A stretch of DNA of 64,000 bases from Patescibacteria group bacterium (GTDB lineage Bacteria > Patescibacteriota > Patescibacteriia > CAIXNZ01). Positions 61,444 to 64,000 of the stretch are shown one piece after another. Within the stretch, counting starts at the first letter, position 1. Every line of letters begins with the position of its first letter. The stretch lies in the NCBI GenBank assembly GCA_041651155.1, contig JBAZJU010000001.1, positions 27,932 through 91,931 on the forward strand, written 5' to 3'. The notes under the pieces are model-generated. The model was not told the DNA's origin and searched no databases. It saw only the letters and a list, made by a program, of their open reading frames with translations. Both the position numbers and the translations under genes were made by a program.

Positions 61444-62154
61444 ATGGCAAAAATAAAACGAACGAAAAAATCATTAAAAAAATTGAAAAATTTTAAAAGA
61501 GGTGCGAAAGGCAGGTCAAAACAAGTTAAAAGAAAAGCAAAAACATTAGGAGCTTTGTCAACGTACGCCAAATTATTTTTTGTCCTTGCTGTCTTTGCCT
61601 TTTCACTTGCACTTCTTTTTTATTTGATTCCGAATAGATCAATCCAAAGTAGTTCTGCGCAACCAAATGAAAATGCGGTTGCCCCTCCGAAACAAGAAAA
61701 GGCCAGCCCTGGTTTGCCGGTACGTCTTAAAATCCCAAAAATCAAGGTTGATGCTGCTGTTGATTCGGTCGGACTTACGCGTCAGGGAGCAGTTGGAGTG
61801 CCAAAGGGACCTTTAACAGTAGCCTGGTTTAATGTCTGGCCGCGTCCTGGAGAAAATGGCAACGCAGTGATTACTGGGCACTATGGCCCTTGGATAACTG
61901 GGCAAAGGTCAGTGTTTGATAATATAAATAAATTAGCAAAAGGCGATAAGTTGTATGTTAAAGATGACAAAGGAACAACAATTACTTTTGTGGTGCGGGA
62001 AATTAAAACTTACACATTGAAATCAGACGCCTCTGAAGTTTTTATTTCAACTGATGGAAAATCCCATTTAAATCTAATTACTTGCGTTGGCACTTGGAAT
62101 AAAAAAACAAAGTTGTATTCAAATCGGTTGGTGGTATTTACTGATAGAGAATAA
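61444..62154 (+). CDS. sortase-family transpeptidase
   Basis: N-terminal TM anchor. His motif VITGHY, catalytic HLNLITCVGTW (TLxTC), and conserved Arg in LVVFTDRE. Confidence 0.7.
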   Translation: MAKIKRTKKSLKKLKNFKRGAKGRSKQVKRKAKTLGALSTYAKLFFVLAVFAFSLALLFYLIPNRSIQSSSAQPNENAVAPPKQEKASPGLPVRLKIPKIKVDAAVDSVGLTRQGAVGVPKGPLTVAWFNVWPRPGENGNAVITGHYGPWITGQRSVFDNINKLAKGDKLYVKDDKGTTITFVVREIKTYTLKSDASEVFISTDGKSHLNLITCVGTWNKKTKLYSNRLVVFTDRE

Positions 62155-62227
62155 TTTAAAACTGAGTAAGATTATTTTAAATAAAAAATCCCGGGTAAAA
62201 GCCGGGGTTTTAGTTTGTGTTTTGATA

Positions 62228-62740
62228 TTAAGCAGGATTATATAATAGTTTAAGTTTTTCAAGTCCTCGATGCGCTTGCACAGCTATGTTATTTATTGAT
62301 TGTCCTGTGATTTGAGATATTTCTTTTAGTGACAAATTTTGCACATACTTCAGACTCATCACCCTTTGATATCTTTTAGTAAGACGCGCAAATAAAAGGA
62401 GAGCTGACTGTCCATCTAAAAAATTAAAAAGACGTTGGGAATCGTCAGTGCTTGGTTCAAAACCTTTGGCGCGAAGGACATCAAGTGATGTTGTTTTACG
62501 CTTGCGATATTCATCAATAATGAGGTCATTAAGAATATGATAAAGAAAAGCCTTCATTCTGTTAATTGTCCCTCCTTTTATTAAGTAAGACCATGTTTTT
62601 GTAAAAGTGGACTGCACCAATTCTTCGCTGATCGCGCTATTGCGCACCTTGAAAAAGGCATATGCATTAAGCTTTTTTGAGTAGTCGTGGTGGGCTGTTG
62701 CCAAGACTGCTTGTTGATGTTTTTCCTGTTTTGGGGTCAT
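62228..62740 (-). CDS. RNA polymerase ECF-type sigma factor
   Basis: Region 2 (FFKVRNSAISEELVQSTFTKTW) and region 4 HTH (SLKEISQITGQSINNIAVQAHRGLEKLK). Confidence 0.8.
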   Translation of the reverse strand: MTPKQEKHQQAVLATAHHDYSKKLNAYAFFKVRNSAISEELVQSTFTKTWSYLIKGGTINRMKAFLYHILNDLIIDEYRKRKTTSLDVLRAKGFEPSTDDSQRLFNFLDGQSALLLFARLTKRYQRVMSLKYVQNLSLKEISQITGQSINNIAVQAHRGLEKLKLLYNPA

Positions 62741-63089
62741 ATGGTCTCATTTAGCCAAGATTGGCCACGTTTAATAACATTTGCATGGTATTTAAGTCAA
62801 GCTCTCTTAAAACGGTTATTTAGGCCTTAAGCATAGCACTTAAGGTATTTAATAGATATAGCAAATTGTAATAATAAATGCACTCTAACGGCTATATTTA
62901 TATAAGAATGATGACCATGTAATCAATGCGTTTAACATTTATTTAAGTTTTAATAAAAATCATATGTATAAAATAATTAAACTACAAAAAATGACGCATA
63001 AAGGTCTTTTTTTTAGTTGATTAATAGTCGCACTACTATTTGTCTCGTTTTTCGCGATTAAGAATGCCAAAGCAGAGATAAACAGCCAG

Positions 63090-63872
63090 TTGGATTTCGG
63101 TTCCAGCGGATCAGATGTTGTTGAACTTCAGACATATCTTGCTGCGGATACAGACATTTATCCTTCCGGTCTTGTTACGGGATATTTTGATTCTTATACG
63201 GAATCGGCAATACAAAAATTTCAAACCGCGCAAGGAATCGTTTCCTCAGGAACGCCTAAGACAACCGGTTATGGCAGGGTAGGCCCCAAAACATTGGTAA
63301 GGATAAATACTCTCATTTATTTAATTCCCATAACCCCAATTCAGAGCAGCCTAGAACCGCTTGTGGACAATAGTGCAATTCTTACAAATTCTGAACAAGC
63401 AGGTTCTCGGTTGCCTGTCGCTATTGCAGGCAGGCCAGAGCGTCTTATAATCCCAGGAATAAATGTTGATGCAGCTGTTAAGGAAGTGGGGCTTACTTCT
63501 GTTGGAGCAATGGATATGATCAAAAGCTTGAATGATGTAGCATGGTATGAATTGGGGCAGCGCCCGGGGGATAATGGCACTGCTGTTTTTGGCGGACACT
63601 ATGATGGCAGGAAAAATGGGGAAGTAGCAGTATTTGATAATTTATATAAATTACGACAAGGCGATAAAATATTTGTTGAAGATGATCAGGGGGTGACTAC
63701 AACTTTCGTAGTGCGTGAAAGCCGAAGGTATGAGTCGCATGCTGACGCTACAGATGTGTTTGTTTCAAATGACGGGAAAGCGCACCTTAACCTTATTGCT
63801 TGTGACGGAGTATGGAATAAAGTTGCCAAAAGTTATTCCCAGCGGCTGGTGGTGTTTACTGATAGGGAATAG
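63090..63872 (+). CDS. sortase-family transpeptidase with N-terminal putative peptidoglycan-binding domain (in-frame TGA upstream separates a likely signal-anchor)
   Basis: PG_binding_1-like segment LQTYLAADTDIYPSGLVTGYFDSYTESAIQKFQTAQGIV. Sortase motifs FGGHYD, HLNLIACDGVW, LVVFTDRE. TTG start in the track. See the related finding for 62991-63020. Confidence 0.6.
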   Translation: MDFGSSGSDVVELQTYLAADTDIYPSGLVTGYFDSYTESAIQKFQTAQGIVSSGTPKTTGYGRVGPKTLVRINTLIYLIPITPIQSSLEPLVDNSAILTNSEQAGSRLPVAIAGRPERLIIPGINVDAAVKEVGLTSVGAMDMIKSLNDVAWYELGQRPGDNGTAVFGGHYDGRKNGEVAVFDNLYKLRQGDKIFVEDDQGVTTTFVVRESRRYESHADATDVFVSNDGKAHLNLIACDGVWNKVAKSYSQRLVVFTDRE

Positions 63873-63882
63873 AAATTGTTAT

Positions 63883-63914
63883 AAAAAAGATCGCCAGGAA
63901 ATGGGCGGTCTTTT
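63883..63914 (+). terminator. strand-specific terminator hairpin, family copy 3
   Basis: AAGATCGCCAGG-aaat-GGGCGGTCTTTT. Confidence 0.45.
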
Positions 63915-63980
63915 ACGTTTAGGTTGACAAAAAATAAAATAGATGCTAAACTAAAAAATCAATAAACAAAGGAGGAAGTA

Positions 63981-64000
63981 AATGAGAAAAGTAGATATTA
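63981..64000 (+). CDS. start of an ORF running off the window end (MRKVDI...)
   Basis: ATG preceded by AAAGGAGGAAGTAA. Only 6 codons visible. Confidence 0.25.

Noticed and set aside
62991-63020. UGA-to-Gly recoding (genetic code 25, Gracilibacteria/SR1-like) explaining the in-frame TGA
   Set aside because: Long ORFs across the window are intact under the standard code. TGA clearly ends genes, for example hicB at 4867-4869.

Overview
This is a low-GC (about 35%) bacterial window. A compact housekeeping backbone is interrupted by several accessory or repeat-rich islands.

Housekeeping genes called with confidence:
- Two tandem tRNA nucleotidyltransferase paralogs at 1-2135, the second a full HD-domain CCA-adding enzyme.
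- queA, valS, tyrS, argS, murA, purD, a 4Fe-4S ferredoxin, nusA, a short-form yidC, groES/groEL, and an NfeD-flotillin pair.
- A sensor histidine kinase and several SAM-dependent methyltransferases.
- Four tRNAs: Ile(TAT) and Val(GAC) on the plus strand near 4.2-4.4 kb; Val(TAC) and Leu(GAG) on the minus strand near 37 kb.

Cell-envelope and surface genes:
- A secreted FN3 + M23 peptidase.
- An LPNTG-anchored surface protein with a DUF3494 (ice-binding-like) domain and two DUF11 repeats.
- Two class-type sortases.
- An ECF sigma factor.

Gene content (sortases with LPXTG substrates, short YidC, many small secreted proteins, strong GGAGG RBSs) fits a Gram-positive-type envelope. The most likely source is an uncultivated CPR/Patescibacteria-like lineage. 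This is inference only.

The most unusual structures are:
1. A cassette-like array (48.2-52.2 kb). Six same-strand small ORFs of unrelated function are separated by five copies of a conserved 130-200-nt hairpin-rich intergenic module.
2. Repeat units of about 140-165 nt upstream of both tRNA-Val genes. Each unit begins with a 13-nt copy of the tRNA-Val 5' end followed by a conserved hairpin. A free-standing LAGLIDADG homing endonuclease gene sits 8 nt from tRNA-Leu.
3. A genome-wide family of mini-hairpins sharing the loop core CGCTAAAGCTTCGG. One copy lies in-frame inside valS.
4. A mosaic accessory island (19.9-28.4 kb) with:
   - four paralogous secreted Cys-rich small proteins sharing a leader hairpin;
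   - two zinc-ribbon/HExxH membrane proteins;
   - a SPASM-domain-only radical-SAM remnant;
   - a duplicated promoter module;
   - a roughly 97%-identical segmental duplication with junction-truncated gene fragments.
5. An overlapping metallophosphoesterase + nucleotidyltransferase-like gene pair (34.8-36.8 kb) that may be a two-component toxin or defence module.
6. An in-frame TGA inside the apparent signal-anchor of the second sortase.
7. A CCCAC-N4-GTGGG inverted repeat followed by GTATAAAWT upstream of groES and of a neighbouring small gene. This may be a heat-shock operator in place of CIRCE.

All functional calls come from motif recognition by eye. No searches were run.
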